NCBI GenBank assembly: GCA_031405735.1
Contig: JANNJE010000474.1
Coordinates: 1-31,757 of the forward strand
Origin: Armatimonadota bacterium
GTDB lineage: Bacteria > Armatimonadota > Fimbriimonadia > Fimbriimonadales > Fimbriimonadaceae
Reading direction: 5' to 3'
DNA: 31,757 nucleotides
Numbering within the stretch: the first letter of the stretch is position 1; every line of letters begins with the position of its first letter. Positions 16,947 to 24,529 of this stretch are shown here, one piece after another. The translations under genes were made by a program, and so were the position numbers. Below the pieces are notes generated by a model. It searched no databases and had not been told where the DNA came from. It saw only the letters and a program-made list of their open reading frames with translations.

Positions 16947-17001
16947 CGGGATATTCGCGATTTCGAAGAGATTTTGAACTTTAGTCCTAGTTATTCGTTG
17001 G

Positions 17002-17123
17002 TTGGCAAGTGGCATGCAAGTAGTCGGCAGGTCGCTGGCAAGTTGACTATTGTTAGCAATGTCGAGATCGGCAACATGCCGAACACCTGCTAGCCACGTG
17101 CTAGCTACATGAAAACGCGCCCC
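17002..17123. repeat. Inverted 11-bp repeat array, element 2
   Basis: Four left units (17002-17045), a 26-nt spacer, four right units (17072-17115), then CGCGCCCC (17116-17123) as in element 1. Confidence 0.88.
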
Positions 17124-17128
17124 AAAAG

Positions 17129-18097
17129 CTATCTACCAATCAGTTCGCCGCGCTCATCATAGCGGTGCTGAGTTTCGATTCTTCGAACGGTTCCGCTTGT
17201 AGAATCCATTACGATGCTCTCCGTCAATGCCAAGCCGCGCTTGTACCGAACTCCCTTCAGGAGGTCGCCGCTAGTTATTCCCGTTGCGGCAAAAATGACG
17301 TTTCCTGAAGCTAAATCTTCTGTGTGAAGTACGCGGTCAATGTCTCCAGTCATCATCCTCTCTGCACGGGCGCGTTCGTCGTCGTTTCGGAACTTCAGGC
17401 GTGCCTGCATTTCCCCGCCGTTACACAGGACTGCGGCAGCTGTGATAACACCTTCTGGCGCTCCTCCGATACCAAAAAGGCCATCAAGCCCCGCATCTGG
17501 GTTAAGTGCGGCAATCGCCAGAGCCAAATCGCCGTCAGAAACTAGGTGCACTCGTGCGCCGGTTTCACGAATCTCGGCAATCATTGCATCGTGTCTTGGA
17601 CGTTCCAATATCCCAATAATCAGTTCGTCAATATCTTTTCCAAGTGCCTTTGACATGAGCCGAAGATTGACCCGTGGCGGCAAAGTGATGTCAATCACAC
17701 CGCGACATTCGGCACCAACCACGAGCTTATCCATGTACGTATCTGGCGCATGCATGAGAAAGCCTTCACCTTCGACGGCTGCAGCGAGAACTGATATTGC
17801 GTTCGGAGTTCCGTTCGCGCAAAGGTTGGTTCCTTCAAGTGGATCAACAGCGATTTGAATACCAGGGCCCTCTCCAGTTCCCACCTTTTCGCCAATAAAA
17901 AGCATAGGGGCTTCGTCGCGCTCGCCTTCGCCGATAACGATTGTGCCGTCCATGTGCATCGTATTCAGCATGGAGCGCATGCCTTCACATGCAGCTTGGT
18001 CTGCGTTGTTTCGGTCGCCCTTGCCAACCCAACGCGCCGACGCTAAAGCGGCGGATTCGGTGACTTTCATGAATTCGAGATCGCGATTACTGGGCAT
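17129..18097 (-). CDS. glpX: Class II fructose-1,6-bisphosphatase
   Basis: VTESAALA, IGEGERDEAPML, IAVDPLEGT, GIGGAPEGV and FAATGITSGDLLKGV motifs. Confidence 0.97.
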   Translation of the reverse strand: MPSNRDLEFMKVTESAALASARWVGKGDRNNADQAACEGMRSMLNTMHMDGTIVIGEGERDEAPMLFIGEKVGTGEGPGIQIAVDPLEGTNLCANGTPNAISVLAAAVEGEGFLMHAPDTYMDKLVVGAECRGVIDITLPPRVNLRLMSKALGKDIDELIIGILERPRHDAMIAEIRETGARVHLVSDGDLALAIAALNPDAGLDGLFGIGGAPEGVITAAAVLCNGGEMQARLKFRNDDERARAERMMTGDIDRVLHTEDLASGNVIFAATGITSGDLLKGVRYKRGLALTESIVMDSTSGTVRRIETQHRYDERGELIGR

Positions 18098-18105
18098 TTG
18101 AAATA

Positions 18106-18111
18106 ATTGTA
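18106..18111 (-). promoter_or_regulatory. -10 box of a probable leaderless or near-leaderless promoter (TACAAT-N8-ATG)
   Basis: TACAAT lies 8 nt before the glpX ATG and there is no Shine-Dalgarno. Confidence 0.5.
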
Positions 18112-18133
18112 CTTGACGGGAGGCTCGGGTACG

Positions 18134-18348
18134 TTAACAAGTAGTGGGCAGGTTGTTGGCAGGTGGTCGGCAAGTAGCTAGAGTTAAATTGACAGTTCAG
18201 TGGATTCATTCAAAGCGAGAATTCTTGAAAAGGCTAGAACAAACGAAACAAGTCGTATATCTAATTGCAGACAATCTGCCGACCACCTGCCAACGACCTG
18301 CAAACCACTTGGAGACCACTTGCAAACTACCTGCCAGCCACTTGACCT
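18134..18348. repeat. Inverted 11-bp repeat array, element 3
   Basis: Four left units (18134-18177), an AT-rich spacer of about 83 nt, and eight right units (18261-18348) including an exact CCACCTGCCAA. Confidence 0.9.
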
Positions 18349-19025
18349 ACTGCAAACTCACCCTAAACTTCTTCTTTTCCGCCCCTGGCGTTCCGAAAAA
18401 TTGAACCTGATACACGAGGTCCTTCAAAACGGCGTCTGTGGGAACATCGAAGGTTAAAGCAAAGTCAACGGCTGCACCTGGCAGGAGCGTTGGCCCACGC
18501 GAAGGAACGTCAATCGAGAGTCCTGTTCTAGGTCCATGGGACCTCTCTGAGGTATCTGTCAACGCAGTCTCGGGACCAGAAGGGAGGTTTGCGGTTTGCG
18601 ATTCCTTAGTACCGTTCTTGATTCGGCAAACGATCACGAACAAGTCCTTTTCCGCAGGAAATGGGGTGACTTCCTGTTTGTCGCCACTAAACTGGTTCAC
18701 GTAGGCCTTCGTTCGAATCACTTTCACCACTTGGAACCGGGCAAATCCGTTGAAAAGCTGGTCCCCAACCTTTCCAGAAATCCCTTCGATCATATTTGCG
18801 CCGCCAGATTCCGAAATCTCGTATCCGCGAGCCGTTCTTTGTAACTTCCAACCCAATGCGGTTGCAACATCCTTCAGCGGAACGTAGGCAACGCCATTTC
18901 TCTCGATGACAGAACTTGAGGCAGGTTTGCCATTGATAAAGAGCCTTGCTGATTGAAGGCCGAAAACTAATGCCGTTCCACCGATCACTACGCCAATTCC
19001 AACCAACCAAAATTCGGATATTCAT
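18347..19025 (-). pseudogene. Secreted protein (copper-amine-oxidase-N/stalk-like domain plus DUF4352-like Ig domain), frameshifted at a (TTGG)3 tract or translated from TTG 19006
   Basis: ATG 19025 reads MNIRILVG and leaves the frame at (CCAA)3, 18999-19010. Removing one unit joins it to IGVVIGGTALVFG. LFINGK...NGVAYVPLKDVATALG is a stalk-type motif. Confidence 0.7.
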
Positions 19026-19160
19026 AACTTACAAGGACGAAAGATGCGAATGATTCCGTGCATCGTTTTCGACATTTTCGTCGGAAAGGCTCTTCTAGGT
19101 CGTGGCAGTCCTATTGCTTCGCACTTCAGTTGCCGATAAGGTAATATCTCGCCTCAACGT

Positions 19161-19235
19161 TGCCGCATAGCTCAGCGGTAGAGCAGCTGACTGTTAATCA
19201 GCGGGTCATAAGTTCGAATCTTATTGCGGCAGCCA
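19161..19235 (+). tRNA. tRNA-Asn (GTT)
   Basis: Acceptor stem TGCCGCA/TGCGGCA, anticodon arm GCTGA-CTGTTAA-TCAGC, T arm ATAAG-TTCGAAT-CTTAT, discriminator G, encoded CCA. Confidence 0.97.
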
Positions 19236-19250
19236 CTATTTGAACCTGAA

Positions 19251-19288
19251 AACGGCCTGATCTTTAGGATCAGGCCGTTCCTGTTTTT
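19251..19288 (+). terminator. Rho-independent terminator after tRNA-Asn
   Basis: AACGGCCTGATC-TTTAG-GATCAGGCCGTT, a perfect 12-bp stem followed by CCTGTTTTT. Confidence 0.8.
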
Positions 19289-19313
19289 GGCGTTTTCTTT
19301 ACGGAATCTGATT

Positions 19314-19359
19314 CCTATGATCGCCGTCATAGGCAAACGGTGCCTGATCATCCTAATCT
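19314..19359 (+). promoter_or_regulatory. Crp/Fnr-like site ATGA-N6-TCAT plus -10 (TAATCT) upstream of the porin
   Basis: CCTATGA-TCGCCG-TCATAGG; the 14-bp core (19317-19330) is followed by a 23-nt gap and TAATCT at 19354-19359. Confidence 0.6.
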
Positions 19360-19376
19360 AGTTTAGGAAACTGATC

Positions 19377-20534
19377 ATGTACATCGTGCCAATTCTTTTT
19401 CAGCAATTTGACTTCACGCCATATCTCGATGTCCGATTTCGCGCAGAACGGCGGCTCAATCGCGACTTTTTCTCGCCAACAGACGACGACCGAAGCGACC
19501 TGTACTCACGCTATCGTCCTGGTGTGCAATGGAAATATGGCAAGAACTGGTCCGGCGACATACAGTATCAATACGCTGATGACAAGATTTACAAAACTGC
19601 TTCGACAACAAGCGATGAGTTCAGCGATCTCAATTTGGCGTTTGCGAAATACAAAAACAACAAGATCGAGGTGACGTTTGGCCGGCAGAAGATCAATATA
19701 GGTTCGGAACGGCTGATTGGAACTCTAGAGTGGGCAACGACCGGCCGATCATTTGATGGAATTCGTCTCAAATCGGGCCAATGGGATGCGTATGCCTTCA
19801 AAGTTGGCGTCGCGCGTCCTATGCCTGGCCGAACTCGAATTGTTGGAGCCACCTACTCTGGGAAAGCAGGCGCTACATCACTTATTTTCAAGAATGATGA
19901 CCGTTCTTCCATTGATATTTTGACTCTGTCGCACCTTTGGCAAAAGCAGTGCGGAAAGTGGAGTTTTGATGTTGAGGGAGCTGTTCAAACAGGCTCAGTT
20001 GGTGCACGGGACCTAGAAGCGTGGGCCGGTCATGGAGCCGCAACTTACAGTTTCTCCAAGGCAACTCGCGGATATGTTGAGCTCAATGCAGCCAGCGGCG
20101 GCGGAAATTCAACTACGACTCGCACTTTCGACAATCTCCTTCCTACCAACCACAAATTCTATGGCTCAATGGACATGCAGTCGTGGCGCAACATGGAAGA
20201 AATCGCAGTTGGACTTGAGCATCAAATCAATCCAAAGTGGAGCGCAAAAACGAGTATTCGCAGTTTTTCGTTACGAGATGCCAGAGACGCTTGGTACGGG
20301 GCAGGCGGAGCACCTAATTCTGGACCAAGCGGCCCTTTTGTAGACCCAACTGGAGCTTCGGGACGCGATGTCGGCCGTGAATTCAACCTTGAGTTTGGAT
20401 GCAAGCAAAGCCCAACACTCTCATTCTCTGCAGGAATTGGAACATTCTTTCCGGGCGATTTCATAAAAGCTCAAAACGGCGGCCAAGCCGACAGACAGTA
20501 TTGGGGATATGTGATGGCTCAAGTGAGACTTTAA
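19377..20534 (+). CDS. Alginate-export-family outer-membrane beta-barrel porin
   Basis: R.R.E N-terminal strand, GRQ.I..GSERLIG..EW...GRSFDG, TFDNLLPTNHKFYGSMD and a C-terminal strand (WGYVMAQVRL). AGGA Shine-Dalgarno. Confidence 0.85.
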   Translation: MYIVPILFQQFDFTPYLDVRFRAERRLNRDFFSPTDDDRSDLYSRYRPGVQWKYGKNWSGDIQYQYADDKIYKTASTTSDEFSDLNLAFAKYKNNKIEVTFGRQKINIGSERLIGTLEWATTGRSFDGIRLKSGQWDAYAFKVGVARPMPGRTRIVGATYSGKAGATSLIFKNDDRSSIDILTLSHLWQKQCGKWSFDVEGAVQTGSVGARDLEAWAGHGAATYSFSKATRGYVELNAASGGGNSTTTRTFDNLLPTNHKFYGSMDMQSWRNMEEIAVGLEHQINPKWSAKTSIRSFSLRDARDAWYGAGGAPNSGPSGPFVDPTGASGRDVGREFNLEFGCKQSPTLSFSAGIGTFFPGDFIKAQNGGQADRQYWGYVMAQVRL

Positions 20535-20538
20535 AAGG

Positions 20539-21573
20539 ATGGTTGACTCTGAACTGAAACCGTCAGGCACTGATTACAATTCAATTGAAATGGTTCACAT
20601 CACAGAAGCCGAGCCGGAGCTGAGAACGAAGTTTGAAGTGGCCCTTGCTCCAGAACTTCTTTCCACGAATTCTGGCACGATAGACATTCAACAGATTCCA
20701 AACAAAGAGCTTGTTCACACACTTTGCATTACTGTTCGCTCTAAGATAGCCAAAGCTGAGCTTGATGCATTGCCGAATCTCAAGTTGATAGCAACAGGTT
20801 CAGTAGGAATAGACCATGTTGATTTTGTAGAAACACGACGCAGAGGCATCACAGTCTGCAATGTGCCCGAATATGGTTCAGCAGTTGCTGAATTCAATAT
20901 CGCACTGATACTAATGCTTTCTCGGAAACTGCATGTGGCGTATAGACAGACATCGCAACGCGACTTCACTTTGAATGGTTTGCTCGGGCGGAACATAGAA
21001 GGTCGAATTCTCGGGATTCTCGGCACTGGCAACATTGGGATGAACGTTGCCCGATTGGCAAATGCGCTTGGGATGACAGTGATTGCCGTTGATCCAAATC
21101 CACGTCGGCATGACTTTCTGCAATTTGTAAAACTGCCGGAACTGCTGGCGGCATCCGATCTTATTTCGATATGTTGTCCCTTAACTGAAAAGACAACTCA
21201 CATGATCAGCCGAGAGCAATTCGGGCAAATGAAGCGAGGAGTGCTTATCGTCAACACTTCGCGTGGAGCCGTCCTGGATAAGCAGGCATTGCTTTGGGCG
21301 CTTGATGAAGGCATTGTAGAGGGTGCTGCACTTGATGTTTTGGAAGGCGAAGTTCTTCTCCCACCCAAGACGCCGAAGGTAAGTGCGGTCGGGAAACGGG
21401 GCCCCGAACAGGCTCTACCCATCGGCGATGACCTTACTTTGATGCATCATCCAAAAGTGATCGTTACCCCTCACATGGCGTATTACACGCAGGACTCGTT
21501 GGATCGTATTCGACAAGTCACAGTGGAAAATGTTAGGTCATTTCTTGCGGGTGAACCGCAAAATGTCTGTTGA
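20539..21573 (+). CDS. D-isomer-specific 2-hydroxyacid dehydrogenase (D-lactate dehydrogenase-like)
   Basis: VCNVPEY, GILGTGNIG, NTSRG, LDVLEGE and TPHMAYYT motifs. Confidence 0.92.
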   Translation: MVDSELKPSGTDYNSIEMVHITEAEPELRTKFEVALAPELLSTNSGTIDIQQIPNKELVHTLCITVRSKIAKAELDALPNLKLIATGSVGIDHVDFVETRRRGITVCNVPEYGSAVAEFNIALILMLSRKLHVAYRQTSQRDFTLNGLLGRNIEGRILGILGTGNIGMNVARLANALGMTVIAVDPNPRRHDFLQFVKLPELLAASDLISICCPLTEKTTHMISREQFGQMKRGVLIVNTSRGAVLDKQALLWALDEGIVEGAALDVLEGEVLLPPKTPKVSAVGKRGPEQALPIGDDLTLMHHPKVIVTPHMAYYTQDSLDRIRQVTVENVRSFLAGEPQNVC

Positions 21574-21606
21574 TTTGTCGTTCTTAAAGCGTTTCTTGAA
21601 CCCAAC

Positions 21607-21649
21607 ATGACCTTGGTCATAGTGAAAACCACTCCATGGTTGTCATCAT
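21607..21649 (+). promoter_or_regulatory. Second Crp/Fnr-like site ATGA-N6-TCAT plus -10 upstream of narK
   Basis: Perfect palindrome ATGACC-TT-GGTCAT (21607-21620), the same 23-nt gap, then TGt-CATCAT (21641-21649) with the ATG 6 nt later. Confidence 0.6.
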
Positions 21650-21655
21650 AAGAAA

Positions 21656-23164
21656 ATGAGTGAAAGAGCAACATCAAATCGAGTCCTGTTCATGAATACT
21701 CTGGCTTTCACGGTCTGCTTTGCAGTCTGGACGATGTACGGAGTCTTAATCACATTCTTGGTTGACAATCGCTACCTGATCGCCGACAAAGCACAGCTTG
21801 GCTGGCTTATAGGAATTCCGATTCTGACGGGTTCTATTGTCCGTCTCCCGGTTGGATTGATGACGGACCGATATGGAGGAAAGCCTGTCTATCTTTCCGT
21901 AATGGTGTTTGCTGCTCTATCCCTCTTTGTTACGAGCCAGGTTTCGACTTTTGCCGGATTCATAGTTGGGGGCCTGCTGTTTGGGGTAAGCGGCTCTGCA
22001 TTTGCCGTTGGAATTGCCTACTCTTCTATGTTCTTTCCCAAAGAAAGGCAAGGTACTGCCCTAGGAATTTTTGGTATGGGAAATGCTGGAGCGGCAGTAA
22101 CAACACTAGCTGCACCGACCATGCTGAAAAACTTCACGAACGGCGGCGAGAACATAGAAGGCTGGCGAATGCTTCCGATCGTTTACGGAATCGCTCTCCT
22201 CGTGATGACGGCACTCTTCGCGATATTCACAGTCAATCGAAAAGTAGATGAAGCTGGGCAAAAGACGATCGGACAGATGCTAACTCCTCTCGGCGATGTG
22301 CGAGTTTGGCGATTTGGCCTTTACTATTTCTTGGTGTTCGGCGCTTTCGTGGCGCTTGCACAATGGCTGGTGCCCTACTACCTAAATGTCTATGGAATGA
22401 GCCTGGCCATGGCTGGTTTGCTGGCTTCTGTATTTTCGCTGCCGTCAGGTGTGATTCGCGCATTGGGCGGTTGGGCGAGCGACAAGTTTGGTGCTCGCTC
22501 GACGATGTACTGGGTGCTTACTTCATGCGCGTTGTTCTTCTTGCTTCTTGTAGCACCACGAATGGATATTCGCTCGCCAGGCGAAGGAATCATGGCGGAT
22601 CGGGCTGGGAAAGTCGCTTCGGTGGAGGGAAATAAAGTCGTCGTCGATTCCTCGCTTGTTAAGCAAGAGACCGTAAAAGTCGCGGATTTCAAAACTTACA
22701 AACTGAAAACCGAAACTGCCCTAGACCCTGCCATGCTCGAAGAAGGCACGCTTGTTTGGCCGACCTTTCGTTCCTGGCAAGAGCCAGCAGTCCGACCCGG
22801 CCAGGTTATCAAGAAGAAAGAACTACTCGCTCGTGGAGTCACGCACGTTTACTTTCAGGCCAATGTCTGGGTATTTACAGGATTAGTCTTCATTGCCGGA
22901 ATCATGATGGGAATCGGTAAAGCGGCAGTTTACAAACACATCCCCGAATACTTTCCGAAAGACGTTGGCGTAGTTGGCGGAATTGTGGGCGTCATCGGCG
23001 GCCTTGGCGGATTCTTCTGCCCGATCCTGTTCGGCTACCTTTTGAAGCTGACGGGACTTTGGACGTCGTGCTGGTTGTTCCTTGGACTGTTGAGCATTGG
23101 GTGCCTCGTTTGGATGCACTTAGTGATATTGAGAATGACAAAAGACATGACTCCAGAGAAGTGA
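21656..23164 (+). CDS. narK: Nitrate/nitrite MFS transporter (NarK family) with a ~100-aa soluble insertion
   Basis: LTGSIVRLPVG, FAVGIAY..FFPKERQGTALGIFGMGNAG, FGLYYFLVFG.FVAL, RALGGW.SDKFG and GIGKAAVYKHIP motifs. Confidence 0.92.
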   Translation: MSERATSNRVLFMNTLAFTVCFAVWTMYGVLITFLVDNRYLIADKAQLGWLIGIPILTGSIVRLPVGLMTDRYGGKPVYLSVMVFAALSLFVTSQVSTFAGFIVGGLLFGVSGSAFAVGIAYSSMFFPKERQGTALGIFGMGNAGAAVTTLAAPTMLKNFTNGGENIEGWRMLPIVYGIALLVMTALFAIFTVNRKVDEAGQKTIGQMLTPLGDVRVWRFGLYYFLVFGAFVALAQWLVPYYLNVYGMSLAMAGLLASVFSLPSGVIRALGGWASDKFGARSTMYWVLTSCALFFLLLVAPRMDIRSPGEGIMADRAGKVASVEGNKVVVDSSLVKQETVKVADFKTYKLKTETALDPAMLEEGTLVWPTFRSWQEPAVRPGQVIKKKELLARGVTHVYFQANVWVFTGLVFIAGIMMGIGKAAVYKHIPEYFPKDVGVVGGIVGVIGGLGGFFCPILFGYLLKLTGLWTSCWLFLGLLSIGCLVWMHLVILRMTKDMTPEK

Positions 23165-23222
23165 ATTTTGGGCACAATGCTTGAATGTTTGAACCGTTTG
23201 ACCGGGTAGTCTGACTACAAGA

Positions 23223-24257
23223 ATGGAACGACCTGGGCGAGCCCAATCAATCTCAATAGGTACTGCGCTTTGTACAGCTTTCCTAATCTTGGCTGGCATC
23301 TATTTTGGTTCGGGCGCCCTAACTCGATTCGATACGCCATTGGCTGCTTATGCCGCTGCTACGGTCTTCGCCGGATTTGCGATTGCTTACCGATACACGA
23401 TGTGGATTCAACGTCCTCCTACATGGCACTATTTCAAAGCGGGTTGGAGACTCTTTCTTCGACCTAAGTATCTTTTGCCAAATATGTTCAAGCTCGCTGG
23501 GCTACTTTGGAACCAGATCGTTGCTCAAAGATTTATTGAACGAAGGAGCAGACAACGATGGGCAGCGCACATGTGTTTAGCTTGGGGATGCCTGATTGCC
23601 TTTGCCATAACTTTTCCGCTGAGCTGGGGTTGGGTGCAATTTGGCATAGCCGAAAACGGGCGCGACTACGTGGTTGAGTTCATGGGGATTCCGCAAATCG
23701 CATTCCCGCCAGATGGTGTGCTGGCGTTTTTCATGTTCAATGGACTTAACATTAGTGCGGTAATGGTTCTCACCGGTGTGGCACTTGCAATGCACAGAAG
23801 GCTTTTCGATCGTGGATCTCAGGCCGTTCAAACTCTTGCGAATGACCTCATTCCCTTGTTTCTGCTTTTCGCGGTGTCTGTCACGGGACTAATGATAACG
23901 GCAAGTTACAAGCTGATGGGAGGAGAGAACTATTCGTTTCTTTCGCTATTGCACGCATTCACGGTTGTGATTTTGCTACTTTGGCTTCCCTTTGGCAAGC
24001 TTTTCCACGTCATCCAGCGGCCAGCTCAATTGGGTGTTGCCTACTATAAGGAAGAAGGAGCAAGGACAGAGCAAGCGCACTGCGTACGAACCGGGGAGGG
24101 GTATATGAGCAAGATGCATCACGACGACCTTGTGCTTGTTATGCGTCAGTTAGGAATAGACTTTGGGGAGCATCAAGACCTATCGCCAGCAGCAAAGCGG
24201 AACCTAATCGCTTTGAACCAAGCTGCACTTATCGAAGGCCAGCCTTTTGTGGGCTGA
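23223..24257 (+). CDS. NarI-like (cytochrome b-type) integral membrane protein
   Basis: Six to seven TM segments; H116, plus H244 and H262 18 residues apart in H...LPFGKLFH, which parallels NarI H187/H205 (PFSRLIH). Confidence 0.7.
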   Translation: MERPGRAQSISIGTALCTAFLILAGIYFGSGALTRFDTPLAAYAAATVFAGFAIAYRYTMWIQRPPTWHYFKAGWRLFLRPKYLLPNMFKLAGLLWNQIVAQRFIERRSRQRWAAHMCLAWGCLIAFAITFPLSWGWVQFGIAENGRDYVVEFMGIPQIAFPPDGVLAFFMFNGLNISAVMVLTGVALAMHRRLFDRGSQAVQTLANDLIPLFLLFAVSVTGLMITASYKLMGGENYSFLSLLHAFTVVILLLWLPFGKLFHVIQRPAQLGVAYYKEEGARTEQAHCVRTGEGYMSKMHHDDLVLVMRQLGIDFGEHQDLSPAAKRNLIALNQAALIEGQPFVG

Positions 24258-24301
24258 TTGAGGCTCATAACACAATCCCTCAGATAAAGTCGCAACTGTA
24301 A

Positions 24302-24529
24302 CTACCCCTTGCGCATTCGGGTGATGCCTCGCAGCATCCAAAAATTTACGCCGAACAAGGCGATGCTTGCGATCGCAGCAGGTAGAGCCATCTCGGAACG
24401 GCCCCCGATTAGGCCCTCCAACACGCTCACGAAGAGCCAGAGCTGCAGGAGGATCAACACTAGGTTGAACAGCAAAAGGGCAACGATGACCGTTCCACGC
24501 TGACGTCGGATTAAGTCGTTAGGTCTCAT
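24302..24529 (-). CDS. Small two-TM membrane protein (DUF6755-like)
   Basis: RRQR...LILLQLWLF...GG...PAAIAS pattern; ATGA-coupled to the Rieske gene. The family name is from memory. Confidence 0.7.
   Translation of the reverse strand: MRPNDLIRRQRGTVIVALLLFNLVLILLQLWLFVSVLEGLIGGRSEMALPAAIASIALFGVNFWMLRGITRMRKG

Noticed and set aside
15241-18348. Arrays as integron attC sites
   Set aside because: No integrase, no clear RYYYAAC/GTTRRRY cores, and the flanked genes include housekeeping glpX with its own promoter.
15241-18404. Repeat arrays as CRISPR, and the short ORFs over them (15290-15529, 14992-15288, 18144-18404, 18200-18457)
   Set aside because: Units are 11 bp, contiguous and degenerate, with no unique spacers between them and no cas genes. 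The TTCQPP-type peptides are just the translated DNA repeat.
19026-19300. Genomic island or prophage integrated at tRNA-Asn
   Set aside because: No integrase, no duplicated tRNA 3' end and no phage genes in the window.
19345-19377. Hairpin TCCTAA/TTAGGA (with flanking TGATCA pairs) hiding the porin SD, as a riboswitch or ANTAR element
   Set aside because: The loops do not fit the ANTAR AxxGxx pattern or a riboswitch I recognise. If transcription starts near 19365, as the promoter geometry suggests, the 5' arm is not transcribed.
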